Part shown: positions 47,268 to 56,636 of the stretch, in pieces
Layout of the letters: each line of letters opens with the position of its first letter
Position numbering within the stretch: position 1 is the stretch's first letter
Assembly: GCA_964370215.1 (NCBI GenBank)
Contig: CAYJIM010000003.1
Span: 13,308-77,307, forward strand
Length of the DNA: 64,000 nt
Source of the DNA: an uncultured Oscillospiraceae bacterium
GTDB taxonomy: Bacteria > Bacillota > Clostridia > Oscillospirales > Ruminococcaceae
Direction: 5' to 3'
Notes under the pieces: model-generated
Database searches by the model: none
What the model was told of the DNA's origin: nothing
What the model saw: only the letters and a program-made list of their open reading frames with translations
Translations under genes and position numbers: made by a program

Positions 47268-49010
47268 TTGAAACAATTGATGTTGGGCAACCAAGCGGTT
47301 GCAAGAGGGCTGTATGAAGCCGGTGTAGAAGTCGTTTCCAGTTACCCTGGTACACCGAGTACCGAAATCACGGAATATGCGGCAAAATTTGAGGATCTTT
47401 ACTGTGAGTGGGCACCAAATGAAAAGGTTGCCATGGAAGTGGCCATTGGTGCGTCCATCGCAGGGAGACGTGCATTTTGTGCGATGAAACACGTTGGTTT
47501 GAACGTGGCAGCGGACCCGCTGTTTACGGTGGCTTACACCGGTGTCAACGGTGGTCTTGTCATCGGGGTTGCCGATGACCCGGGGATGCACTCCTCTCAA
47601 AATGAGCAGGACTCTCGTCATTACGCCATCGCCTCTAAAGTGCCGATGCTAGAACCGGCAGATTCAGCGGAAACATTGGCGTTTACCAAACTGGCATATG
47701 AATTGTCGGAACAGTATGACACGCCTGTCATTTTACGCATGTGTACCCGTATCTCCCACTCGCAAAGTGTGGTAGAAACAGGGGAGCGCAAAACAGATAC
47801 CGCAAAAGCGTACGAAAAAAACATCCAAAAATATGTCATGATGCCTAGCTTTGCAAGAGGCCGTCATGTTGTGGTAGAAAAGCGCATGAAAGACCTTGCA
47901 GCCTATGCGGAAACAGCATCCATCAACTGCGTGGAAAGAGCGGACAGCGACATCGGGATCATCACGTCGGGGACAGCGTACCAATACACCAAAGAGGTGT
48001 TTGGGGACTCCGTCAACGTCTTAAAACTCGGTATGGTCAATCCGTTGCCGACCGACCTTGTCAAAACCTTTGCAGCGTCTGTCAAAACACTGTACGTCAT
48101 TGAAGAATTGGATGGCGTCATTGAATCGCATTGCCGTGATTTGGGGTTGGATCCAATTGGCAAATCCACCTTCTCCAACATCGATGAATTTTCGCAAAAC
48201 ATCGTTGCGGCCAACATGGGCAAAGACGTACCGGTTTCGATGACCTTTCCGGAAACCTTGCCGATCCGCCCACCGGTCATGTGTGCAGGATGTCCGCACC
48301 GTGGTGTATTCTACACCTTGATGAAAAACAAATGCCTCGTTTCAGGGGACATCGGTTGTTATACCTTGGGTGCTGCTGCACCACTCAACGCCATTGACAC
48401 CACCATTTGTATGGGGGCTTCCATTTCTGCATTGCACGGTTTCAACAAAGCACTCGGCAAAGAGTGTGAGCAAAAAGCGGTTGCGGTCATTGGGGACTCG
48501 ACCTTCATGCACTCCGGCGTGACAGGGCTCATCAACATCGCTTACAACAGCACCAATTCCACTGTCATGATTTTGGACAACTCCATCACAGGGATGACAG
48601 GACATCAACAAAACCCTACCACAGGCTACAACATCAAAGGGGATCCGGCGACCAAAATCGATCTGGAAACGCTGTGTCGTGCCGTTGGGATTGAGCGTGT
48701 GCGTGTCATTGATCCGTATAACCTTGAAGAATGTGACACCGTTTTGAAGGAAGAGCTGGCAGCAGAGGCACCTTCCGTCATCATCGCACGCCGTCCGTGT
48801 GTGCTCTTGAAATCGGTGAAAATATACCCATCGCTTACCGTCAGTGCGCCAAAATGCAAAGGCTGTAAAGCATGTATGAAAATCGGCTGTCCTGCCATCA
48901 GCATGAAAGAGGGCAAAGCTGTCATCGATAGCACTCTTTGCGTTGGTTGTGACGTCTGTACAGGACTTTGTCCGTTTGATGCAATTGAAGGAGGATCTCG
49001 CGATGCGTAA
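47268..49010 (+). CDS. iorA: Indolepyruvate (arylpyruvate) ferredoxin oxidoreductase, alpha subunit
   Basis: LMLGNQAVARGLYEAGVEVVSSYPGTPSTEI is followed by a TPP-binding region GDSTFMHSG and two C-terminal 4Fe-4S motifs CKGCKACMKIGCP and CVGCDVCTGLCP. It has a TTG start with an aaaggagag RBS. Confidence 0.9.
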   Translation: MKQLMLGNQAVARGLYEAGVEVVSSYPGTPSTEITEYAAKFEDLYCEWAPNEKVAMEVAIGASIAGRRAFCAMKHVGLNVAADPLFTVAYTGVNGGLVIGVADDPGMHSSQNEQDSRHYAIASKVPMLEPADSAETLAFTKLAYELSEQYDTPVILRMCTRISHSQSVVETGERKTDTAKAYEKNIQKYVMMPSFARGRHVVVEKRMKDLAAYAETASINCVERADSDIGIITSGTAYQYTKEVFGDSVNVLKLGMVNPLPTDLVKTFAASVKTLYVIEELDGVIESHCRDLGLDPIGKSTFSNIDEFSQNIVAANMGKDVPVSMTFPETLPIRPPVMCAGCPHRGVFYTLMKNKCLVSGDIGCYTLGAAAPLNAIDTTICMGASISALHGFNKALGKECEQKAVAVIGDSTFMHSGVTGLINIAYNSTNSTVMILDNSITGMTGHQQNPTTGYNIKGDPATKIDLETLCRAVGIERVRVIDPYNLEECDTVLKEELAAEAPSVIIARRPCVLLKSVKIYPSLTVSAPKCKGCKACMKIGCPAISMKEGKAVIDSTLCVGCDVCTGLCPFDAIEGGSRDA

Positions 49011-49578
49011 AGTAACCAATATTATGATTGTCGGTGTTGGTGGACAAGGAAGCTTACTTGCCAGCCGTCTGCTTGGAAATGTACTCTTAAACCAAGGGTA
49101 TGATGTCAAAGTATCGGAAGTACACGGGATGAGCCAACGTGGTGGCTCGGTTGTGACCTATGTGCGATTCGGTGAAAAAGTTTATTCTCCTGTGATCGAC
49201 AAAGGGGAAGCAGACTACATTGTCTCATTTGAAAAATTAGAGGGAGCACGTTACCTCTCCTACTTGAAAAAGGATGGGAAACTGGTCGTCAACACGCAAG
49301 AAATTGACCCGATGCCGGTTGTGATTGGTGCAATGGCATATCCTTGCGACATCATCGGCAAAATGGAAGCTGAAGGAGCACAAGTCATTGCTTTTGATGC
49401 ACTACCTGTTGCGGAAGCACTTGGCAATGCAAAAGCCACCAACATCGTTTTGATGGGGGTTTTGGCAAAACAAATGGACTTTCCAAAAGAAGTATGGCAA
49501 CAGGCACTGGAAGCTTGTGTGCCGGAACGTTTCTTAGAGCTCAACCGCACTGCATTTGAAAAAGGATATGCAGGCTAA
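49003..49578 (+). CDS. iorB: Indolepyruvate ferredoxin oxidoreductase, beta subunit
   Basis: NIMIVGVGGQGSLLASRLLG...VSEVHGMSQRGGSV. Its start overlaps the iorA stop. Confidence 0.9.
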   Translation: MRKVTNIMIVGVGGQGSLLASRLLGNVLLNQGYDVKVSEVHGMSQRGGSVVTYVRFGEKVYSPVIDKGEADYIVSFEKLEGARYLSYLKKDGKLVVNTQEIDPMPVVIGAMAYPCDIIGKMEAEGAQVIAFDALPVAEALGNAKATNIVLMGVLAKQMDFPKEVWQQALEACVPERFLELNRTAFEKGYAG

Positions 49579-49625
49579 GCGGTAGTACCTGATCGGCAAC
49601 CATTTGAAGGGAGAATGAAAGCAGC

Positions 49626-50930
49626 ATGGAACAGTATTTTCAAAAAGACATCGAGACCGCCTCGGTAGAGGAAATGAAAGCACTACAGTTTTATCAATTG
49701 CGCAAAACCATTCAGCACGTCTATGACAATGTCCCTTATTATCGTGAAAAAATGCAGGAGCAAGGGGTGTCCCTACAGGATATCTGCTCCTTGGATGATT
49801 TGGCAAAATTGCCATTCACCTACAAGCAAGATCTGCGTGATACCTACCCTTATGGGTTGTTCGCAGCACCTTTGGAGGATGTGGTTGAACTGCATGCGTC
49901 CTCCGGTACGACCGGTAAGCAAATTGTTGCAGGATATACCCAACAAGACTTGAACATCTGGGGTGATTGTTGTGCCAGAGCAATTGTGGCAACCGGTGGC
50001 ACGGTACACGACCGTGTACATGTCGCCTACGGGTACGGCCTTTTCACTGGCGGGATGGGATTGCATTACGGGACCCAGCGACTGGGGGCAGTTGCCATTC
50101 CTGTTTCCTCAGGGAATACGGCAAGACAAATCAATATTTTGAGAGACTTTGGTTCCACTGTACTTTGCTGTACCCCTTCCTATGCGCAGTACATCGGTGA
50201 AGTGATGGAAGAAATGGGCGTACAGAAGGAAGACATTTCCTTGCGTGCAGGGATCTTCGGGGCGGAAGCATGGACAGAAGAGATGCGTAAAGAGATCGAA
50301 AAATCTCTGGGACTCAAAGCGTATGACATTTATGGGCTCACTGAAATTATGGGACCGGGTGTCGCTTATGAGTGCAGTGAACAAACAGGGATGCACATCT
50401 GTGAAGACCACTTCATTCCGGAAATCATCGATCCTGATACAGGCGAAGTCCTGCCGGAAGGAACACAAGGGGAGTTGGTATTCACCTGTGTGTCCAAGCA
50501 GGCCTTCCCACTCATTCGTTACCGCACCAGAGACATTGCGGTCCTTACCCGTGCGACCTGCTCTTGTGGTAGAACGCTCATCAAAATGACCAAACCGAGA
50601 GGGCGTAGTGATGATATGCTCATCATCCGTGGGGTCAATGTATTCCCATCTCAAATTGAAGGGGTGCTACTGGAAAAAGGCTGCCCACCGCATTACCAAA
50701 TCATTGTAGAGCGTATCGGTCACCTCGATTCGCTGGAAGTACAGGTGGAGATGCCGTCTGATTTGGCATTTGACACCGTCACCGAAGTGCAAAAATTTGA
50801 AAAGGTGCTGTATGATGCCATTTATTCGACCCTTGGCATCACTGCAAAAGTACATCTGGTGGAGCCAAAATCCATTGAGCGTTCCATCGGGAAAGCGGTT
50901 CGTGTCATTGACAAACGCAAAAAAGACTAA
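49626..50930 (+). CDS. Phenylacetate-CoA ligase family protein (PaaK-like), copy 2
   Basis: YFQKDIETASVEEMK...LHASSGTTGKQIVAGYT...IYGLTEIMGPGV...YRTRDIAVL..CGRTLIKM..GRSDDMLIIRGVNVFPSQIE. Confidence 0.9.
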   Translation: MEQYFQKDIETASVEEMKALQFYQLRKTIQHVYDNVPYYREKMQEQGVSLQDICSLDDLAKLPFTYKQDLRDTYPYGLFAAPLEDVVELHASSGTTGKQIVAGYTQQDLNIWGDCCARAIVATGGTVHDRVHVAYGYGLFTGGMGLHYGTQRLGAVAIPVSSGNTARQINILRDFGSTVLCCTPSYAQYIGEVMEEMGVQKEDISLRAGIFGAEAWTEEMRKEIEKSLGLKAYDIYGLTEIMGPGVAYECSEQTGMHICEDHFIPEIIDPDTGEVLPEGTQGELVFTCVSKQAFPLIRYRTRDIAVLTRATCSCGRTLIKMTKPRGRSDDMLIIRGVNVFPSQIEGVLLEKGCPPHYQIIVERIGHLDSLEVQVEMPSDLAFDTVTEVQKFEKVLYDAIYSTLGITAKVHLVEPKSIERSIGKAVRVIDKRKKD

Positions 50931-50969
50931 TTGAGTGAATGATAAATTTGGAAAGCAGAGGTGTTTTTG

Positions 50970-51404
50970 ATGAACATTAAGCAAATTTCGATTTTTGTAG
51001 AGAACAGACCGGGGCGCTTGGCGGAATTGACTGCCTTGATTGCCGAAAAAGGTGTCAACATCCGTGCCTTTTCCATTGCAGACACCAAAGACTTCGGGAT
51101 CTTGCGTCTGATTGTCGATCAGCCAACACAAGCGGAAGTGGTACTCAAGGAAGCCGGCTGTATGGTATCGATGACCAATGTCATTGCGGTTCATATGAAA
51201 GACCATCCGGGTGCTTTGGCAGACATCATGAAGGTGATCTATCAAGCAGGGGTGAGCATTGAGTATATGTATGCTTTTGTCACAGAGGTGAAGGGCGAAG
51301 CTTATACCGTGATGCGTGTGTCGGACAACGATACCGTCATTACAGCATTACAGCAAGCGGACATCAAACTTGCCAGTGAAAGTGACTTGTTCCACGAAGA
51401 ATAG
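50970..51404 (+). CDS. ACT domain-containing protein
   Basis: It has two short ACT-like repeats (ISIFVENRPGRLAELTALIAEKGVNIRAFS, then IAVHMKDHPGALADIMKVIYQAGVSIEY). This family commonly follows paaK/ior genes. Confidence 0.8.
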   Translation: MNIKQISIFVENRPGRLAELTALIAEKGVNIRAFSIADTKDFGILRLIVDQPTQAEVVLKEAGCMVSMTNVIAVHMKDHPGALADIMKVIYQAGVSIEYMYAFVTEVKGEAYTVMRVSDNDTVITALQQADIKLASESDLFHEE

Positions 51405-51415
51405 CAAAAATAGTA

Positions 51416-51457
51416 AAAAGCATGTGGCGAAATCGTATTTCGTCACATGCTTTTTTT
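51416..51457 (+). terminator. Terminator of the paaK-ior-ACT operon
   Basis: The 18-bp stem aaaagcatgtggcgaaat / atttcgtcacatgctttt has a 3-nt loop and a T7 run. Confidence 0.85.
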
Positions 51458-51564
51458 GTCGGATCAACAAGGATCACCTGTTTCGACAAATCACACCGAC
51501 ACTTTTTGTTACAATGAAATCCAAAGGAAGTGGATTTCATTGTAACAAAAGGAAGTGTGTGAAA

Positions 51565-52113
51565 ATGATCGTTTGGATGGTGTTCTTTTGGCTCGGGTTT
51601 GCAGCGTTTTTTGCTCTGCATACCAGAAAATTGCCGGTACTGCGCATGGGACTACTGGGGTATCTTTGGACGAGTATCCTGCTTGCTATTTTATGTGGTA
51701 TTGCAGTGCAGGGAGCCGTTGACAGCTTTGAAAAAAATATCTTTCAGTCGCTCTTTGCATTGCAGTTGACTGTCTTTATGGTAGCCTTTGAGCTGTTATT
51801 TTTCTTACAAGGCATTGACCGCTTTGTCAGACGTTACAAACAACTACTCATGATGTTGGAACAGCACCGCAAGGGGTTGCTGCTGCAAATGCCTTTTCGA
51901 CAGGGGGAACAGCTTTATTGGATCGATAACCAAAGCATCCGCCCACAGGTACGGCGCATGTATTTTGTAGTGGCGGTATCGGACTGTTATATCGGTGTGT
52001 ACGAAGATAAAAAACGACTGGTCTCGGTACACCAAATCTTTTTGGATCGCCGTGAGGCAAAGCGTATGCTGGATAGCTACTACTTTGCGTCTCCAGAACA
52101 AACCTTTCGCTAA
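51565..52113 (+). CDS. Hypothetical membrane protein (about 4 TM plus a soluble C-terminal domain)
   Basis: This is the inner part of the 51316-52113 ORF. The upstream part of that ORF crosses a strong terminator, so the start was set at the ATG behind the aaaggaag RBS. No family recognised. Confidence 0.55.
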   Translation: MIVWMVFFWLGFAAFFALHTRKLPVLRMGLLGYLWTSILLAILCGIAVQGAVDSFEKNIFQSLFALQLTVFMVAFELLFFLQGIDRFVRRYKQLLMMLEQHRKGLLLQMPFRQGEQLYWIDNQSIRPQVRRMYFVVAVSDCYIGVYEDKKRLVSVHQIFLDRREAKRMLDSYYFASPEQTFR

Positions 52114-52142
52114 ACCTTTCATAAAAAATTGTGTCCATCAAC

Positions 52143-52172
52143 TCATATTCCACACCCCTTACCGCATAGACT
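52143..52172 (+). promoter_or_regulatory. Candidate sigma-E type promoter for spoIIID
   Basis: TCATATT (52143-52149), 15 nt, CATAGACT (52165-52172) resembles the Bacillus sigma-E consensus (kmATAtt ... CATACAnT). The spacing is one nt longer than the consensus as I recall it. Confidence 0.4.
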
Positions 52173-52205
52173 GTCGTAAAGACAATCGAACAAAAGGTAA
52201 AGGGT

Positions 52206-52484
52206 GTGTTTACTTTGGAAGATAGACGATCATTGGAAGAAAGATGTATCCGGCTGGGTGAGTATTTGGTAGAGCACAAAACAACGGTACGGGCAACGGC
52301 AAAGGCCTTTGGTATTAGCAAATCGACAACTCATAAGGACTTGACAGAACGCCTACCAAAAATCAATCGTGGGCTTTATGGGGAGGTCAAATCCATCCTT
52401 CTACACAACAAGCAAGAGCGTCACATTCGTGGCGGTATGGCGACAAAGGAAAAATATTTGAAAAATAGAGCAAAGGCAGGTTGA
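52206..52484 (+). CDS. spoIIID: Sporulation transcriptional regulator SpoIIID
   Basis: ERCIRLGEYLVEHKTTVRATAKAFGISKSTTHKDLTERLPKINRGLY...HIRGGMATKEKY matches the SpoIIID HTH and basic tail. The GTG start is uncertain by a few codons. Confidence 0.9.
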   Translation: MFTLEDRRSLEERCIRLGEYLVEHKTTVRATAKAFGISKSTTHKDLTERLPKINRGLYGEVKSILLHNKQERHIRGGMATKEKYLKNRAKAG

Positions 52485-52500
52485 TCAAAAAGTAGAATCA

Positions 52501-52538
52501 AGTGACCCCCTCTCGACGGTACGAGAGGGGGTCACTTT
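52501..52538. terminator. Bidirectional terminator between spoIIID and the ABC exporter operon
   Basis: The 15-bp GC-rich stem agtgaccccctctcg / cgagagggggtcact is followed by ttt. Confidence 0.8.
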
Positions 52539-52556
52539 ACTGTGGCAGGCGAACTT

Positions 52557-54410
52557 TTAAGCCACTGTATCAAATTGTGAATTGTATAGTTCTGCATAAA
52601 ATCCGTTTTTCGCTAACAGTTCTTCGTGGTTTCCTGTTTCAATGACATCGCCGTCTTTCATCACCAAAATCAAATCAGAGTTTTTAATGGTGGACAGGCG
52701 GTGTGCAATGACAAAAGAGGTGCGGTTTTTCATCAATTCGTCCATTGCATGTTGGATTTGCAACTCGGTTCTGGTGTCAATCGAGGAGGTCGCTTCGTCC
52801 AAAATCAACATCGGTTTGTCGGCAATCATTGCCCTTGCAATGGTGATCTGTTGCTTTTGTCCTTGTGACAGTTCCAGTTTATCATCCAGCATGGTGTCAT
52901 ATCCGCGCTCTAATGTTTTGACAAAGTGGTGTAGTCCGACGGCTTTTGTCGCACGTTCAAGCACTTCATCGGTCACCCCTTCGGCGGCATAGATCAGATT
53001 TTCACGTAGTGTGCCTTCAAAAATCCAAGTATCTTGCAGCACCATACTGAACTGTGCATGAACATCCTCTCGCTTGACCGATTGAATCGAAACATTGTCA
53101 ATTAAAATATCGCCGGCATTCAATTCGTAAAAACGCATCAATAGATTGACCATCGTGGTTTTGCCGGCACCGGTAGGACCAACAATGGCAATTTTTTGTC
53201 CACTGGTTGCCTTCGCGCTAAAATTATGAATGATGATTTTTTCAGGATCATAACCAAAGCGTACATTTCTGAATTCGACATCACCTTGTACATCGCCCAT
53301 GGTTTTTTGTTTTGCAGTTTCGTTTTGCATCTCTTCCTCTTCCAAAAATTCAAAGACACGTTCTGCCGCAGCAGTACCGGACTGTAGGTTTTGCATCGAC
53401 TGTGCAATCTGTCCGAGCGGTTGGGTAAAGAGGCGAATATACACCATAAAGGCAACGATGATCCCAAAGGTAATTGTCCCATTGAGTGCGAGCAATGCAC
53501 CAACAATACAGACACAAACATACCCGAAGTTGCCGATAAAGGTCATCATCGGCATCATGAGACCGGACAATGCCTGTGCTTTAAAAGCACTTGTTTTTAA
53601 GTCTTTGTTGATTGCATGGAAGGTATGGATGGCTTTTTCCTCTCCGTTGTATGCTTTGACAACGGTATGCCCTGCATACATCTCCTCAATGTGCCCATTG
53701 ATGCTCCCTAGGTGTTTTTGTTGATTTTTAAAATGTTTTTGGGAGCTTTTCATGACGATCATCATAAAGACAAAGCCAACAGCGGTGGAAAGAATGGCGG
53801 TAACAGTCAAGATGACATTGGTGGTAAACATCATGACTACCGACCCTACCAAAAGGGTAATGGCAGAAATGAAAGATCCCATCGATTGGGAAAGGGTTTG
53901 CCCGATGGTGTCGGCGTCGTTTGTCACACGGGACAGCACATCCCCTTTGGAATGTGTCGAAAAATACCCCATCGGCAAACGGTTGATCTTGTTTGCAATG
54001 TCGGTACGCAGTCTTTTGGCAGTCTTTTGCATCACGGTGGAAATCATCACCCCTTGCGTGATGGAAAGAAGATAGCTGAGTGCATACATGATACTAAGAA
54101 ACAAACCAATGGAAAAAATGATGTTCATATCAATGCCGGCACCACCGGTCATGCTCGATTGAATGCCAGCAGTGATGGCATCGGTCAAGTTGGTGAGCTG
54201 TCCGGGGCCTACTAGGGTGAAAATCGAACCGAGTATCGCAAAGAGGATGGCGATGACCATCAAGCCTCTGCTCTTTTTGATATAGTCGATCAACTGTTTG
54301 ACGGTGCGCTTCATATTTTTTGCTTTTTCACCGCCCATTTGCATACCGGGACCTCTTTGTGGGCGCTTATTTTTCTCGTTAGAACCAAGTTCGTAATTGT
54401 CTTTAGGCAT
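52557..54410 (-). CDS. ABC exporter, fused permease/ATPase (type I exporter half-transporter B)
   Basis: It has six TM helices, then Walker A GPTGAGKTT, the signature LSQGQKQ and Walker B LILDEATSS. The start was trimmed to MPKDNY, which overlaps the upstream stop by 8 nt. Confidence 0.9.
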   Translation of the reverse strand: MPKDNYELGSNEKNKRPQRGPGMQMGGEKAKNMKRTVKQLIDYIKKSRGLMVIAILFAILGSIFTLVGPGQLTNLTDAITAGIQSSMTGGAGIDMNIIFSIGLFLSIMYALSYLLSITQGVMISTVMQKTAKRLRTDIANKINRLPMGYFSTHSKGDVLSRVTNDADTIGQTLSQSMGSFISAITLLVGSVVMMFTTNVILTVTAILSTAVGFVFMMIVMKSSQKHFKNQQKHLGSINGHIEEMYAGHTVVKAYNGEEKAIHTFHAINKDLKTSAFKAQALSGLMMPMMTFIGNFGYVCVCIVGALLALNGTITFGIIVAFMVYIRLFTQPLGQIAQSMQNLQSGTAAAERVFEFLEEEEMQNETAKQKTMGDVQGDVEFRNVRFGYDPEKIIIHNFSAKATSGQKIAIVGPTGAGKTTMVNLLMRFYELNAGDILIDNVSIQSVKREDVHAQFSMVLQDTWIFEGTLRENLIYAAEGVTDEVLERATKAVGLHHFVKTLERGYDTMLDDKLELSQGQKQQITIARAMIADKPMLILDEATSSIDTRTELQIQHAMDELMKNRTSFVIAHRLSTIKNSDLILVMKDGDVIETGNHEELLAKNGFYAELYNSQFDTVA

Positions 54411-56166
54411 GTTTGAGTTCCTCCTCTGACAGTTGTGACAGGGCAATTTGTTTGTAAACCTCACAGTGCTCCAATAGTTCTCTATGCTTGCCCATACCGG
54501 CAATTTGACCGGCTTCCAGTACAATGATCTTGTCGGCATCTTTGATGGTCCCAATGCGTTGTCCAACGATCAGCATGGTGGCGTCACCGCATTCCTGCTT
54601 GAGCGTTTCACGCAGTTTGCGGTCGGTTTTGTAGTCGAGCGCCGAAAAAGAATCGTCGAAAATAAAAATTTCAGGTTGACGGTAAACTGCCCGTGCAATG
54701 GAAAGGCGTTGCTTTTGTCCGCCGGAGAAGTTTCGACCACCCTGTGCCACATGTGCATCATAATGATGATCGAGATTTGCAACAAAGTCGGCTGCTTGTG
54801 CAATGTTCACCGAAGTGGCCAGTGCCTCTTCGTTTTCGGCAGGGTGACTGCTATCCCCAAAAGCGACATTGGATTGCACCGTACCGGTGAAGAGGATGGA
54901 GCGTTGTGAAACATAACCGATTAAAGAGTTCAATGCCTTTTTGGTATATTGTTTGACATTGATCCCGTTGACCAAAATCTCACCATCGGTGGCATCGTAA
55001 AAGCGGGGGAGGAGATTGATGACGGTACTTTTCCCACAACCGGTCGAACCGATAAAGGCGATGGTTTCTCCTTTATTTGCAGTAAAACTGATATTTTTGA
55101 GGACATAATCATCCGCCTGTGGGTATTTGAAACTGACATTTTTAAATTCCACTTGCCCCTGTTTCCCTGTATTCCCTTTGGTTTCTTTGCCCTCTACGAC
55201 ACTGTTTTTGGTATCCAATACCTCGTTGATACGTTTTGCCGAGACACTCGCACGGGGAAGGAGCATGAATACCATGACAAGCATCATAAAGGCCATAATG
55301 ACCTGCATTGCATAGGAAGAAAAGACAATCATATCAGAGAACAAGGTCATTTTATCAGGTCCTACTGCTTCATTGATGAGGACAGCCCCCACAAGGTACA
55401 CTGCAAGCACCAACCCACTGCTCACCATTTGGATGCTCGGCATCAAAAAGGACATGGTTCTTGCGGTGAAGAGGTTGGTTTTTGTCAATTCGTCATTTGC
55501 TTTTTCAAATTTGTTTGCTTGATACCCTTCAGCGTTGTACGCACGGACGACACTCAATCCGTCTAAATTTTCTTTGGAAACTTTATTGATGTTGTCCGTC
55601 AAAGTCTGTAGTCGTTTGAACCGTGGGACAGCAAGCGAAAGACAAATCAACACAATCACCAGAAGTACCAGCACTGAGACACCGGTAACGACTGTCCAAG
55701 ACAGGTTTTTATCGGCAATTTTGATGATGGCCCACACAGCGGTAATCGGCGCTTTGACAAGCATTTGCATCCCCATGACAATATATAATTGTACCTGTGT
55801 GATGTCATTGGTGGTTCTGGTGATCAAACTGGCAGTGGAAAAGGAGTTGACCTCCTGCATCGAAAAGCCCATGACTTTTTGAAACATATTTGATCTGGTG
55901 ACAAAGGAAAATTGTGCGGCAATGTCGGCGGCAATGACTGCTACACCAATGGAAAGCAGCAAACTGCCGATGGCACAAAGCATCATGTTGACACCGGCAA
56001 GGGTGATGTCGCCCATGGCGCTTCCTTCCGTTTGTACAAGCCTTGTGATTTCAGCCATATAATCGGGCAGGGTGAGATCGAGATAAACCTGTGCACAGGT
56101 GAGGATCAATACCAAGCCTGCCAGCAGATATTCTCTTAGGGATAAATTTTTCAATAATTTAATCAT
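54403..56166 (-). CDS. ABC exporter, fused permease/ATPase (half-transporter A)
   Basis: It has six TM helices, Walker A GSTGCGKST, the signature FSGGQKQR and Walker B FIFDDSFSALD. The Walker-B context is degenerate, as in heterodimeric exporters with one non-canonical site. Confidence 0.9.
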   Translation of the reverse strand: MIKLLKNLSLREYLLAGLVLILTCAQVYLDLTLPDYMAEITRLVQTEGSAMGDITLAGVNMMLCAIGSLLLSIGVAVIAADIAAQFSFVTRSNMFQKVMGFSMQEVNSFSTASLITRTTNDITQVQLYIVMGMQMLVKAPITAVWAIIKIADKNLSWTVVTGVSVLVLLVIVLICLSLAVPRFKRLQTLTDNINKVSKENLDGLSVVRAYNAEGYQANKFEKANDELTKTNLFTARTMSFLMPSIQMVSSGLVLAVYLVGAVLINEAVGPDKMTLFSDMIVFSSYAMQVIMAFMMLVMVFMLLPRASVSAKRINEVLDTKNSVVEGKETKGNTGKQGQVEFKNVSFKYPQADDYVLKNISFTANKGETIAFIGSTGCGKSTVINLLPRFYDATDGEILVNGINVKQYTKKALNSLIGYVSQRSILFTGTVQSNVAFGDSSHPAENEEALATSVNIAQAADFVANLDHHYDAHVAQGGRNFSGGQKQRLSIARAVYRQPEIFIFDDSFSALDYKTDRKLRETLKQECGDATMLIVGQRIGTIKDADKIIVLEAGQIAGMGKHRELLEHCEVYKQIALSQLSEEELKHA

Positions 56167-56611
56167 CGTATTCCTCCAAACTCAAAGGGGCATTTTCATT
56201 TAAAATAGATTTCAGCCGATTCAACGTTTCAAATAGCGTTTCCAGTTCTGTGATGCCAAATTCATCAATGATTTTTCCCACCGTTTCATACATGTGTGCT
56301 TGCAATTTTGTTGCGAGTGTCACACCTTTTTGGGTGAGTACCAATGCTTTTGACCGTGAATCGTGCAAAGATTCGGTTTTGATGACAAGGCCTTTCGTCT
56401 CCAAACGCTTGATCAACACCGTCATTCTTGCCGAACTGATTTGCAAGTGCTTGCAAATTGCCGCCGAGGTCACTTCACCTTCCGCTTCTGCAAGAAATTT
56501 GATCACAGCAAACATGCCGGATTCACGCTGATCCATTTCATGAAACATCTTTCTCGGTCTGTTTGCATGAAATAGTTCCAGTGCATAGATAATTTCTTCT
56601 TTATGTGCCAT
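56159..56611 (-). CDS. MarR family transcriptional regulator
   Basis: It has the wHTH segment SAAICKHLQISSARMTVLIKRLETKGLVIKTESLHDSRSKALVLTQKG. It is the first gene of the operon with the two ABC half-transporters. Confidence 0.9.
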   Translation of the reverse strand: MAHKEEIIYALELFHANRPRKMFHEMDQRESGMFAVIKFLAEAEGEVTSAAICKHLQISSARMTVLIKRLETKGLVIKTESLHDSRSKALVLTQKGVTLATKLQAHMYETVGKIIDEFGITELETLFETLNRLKSILNENAPLSLEEYDD

Positions 56612-56636
56612 TTCAATACTCCTTTTGATACAATCA

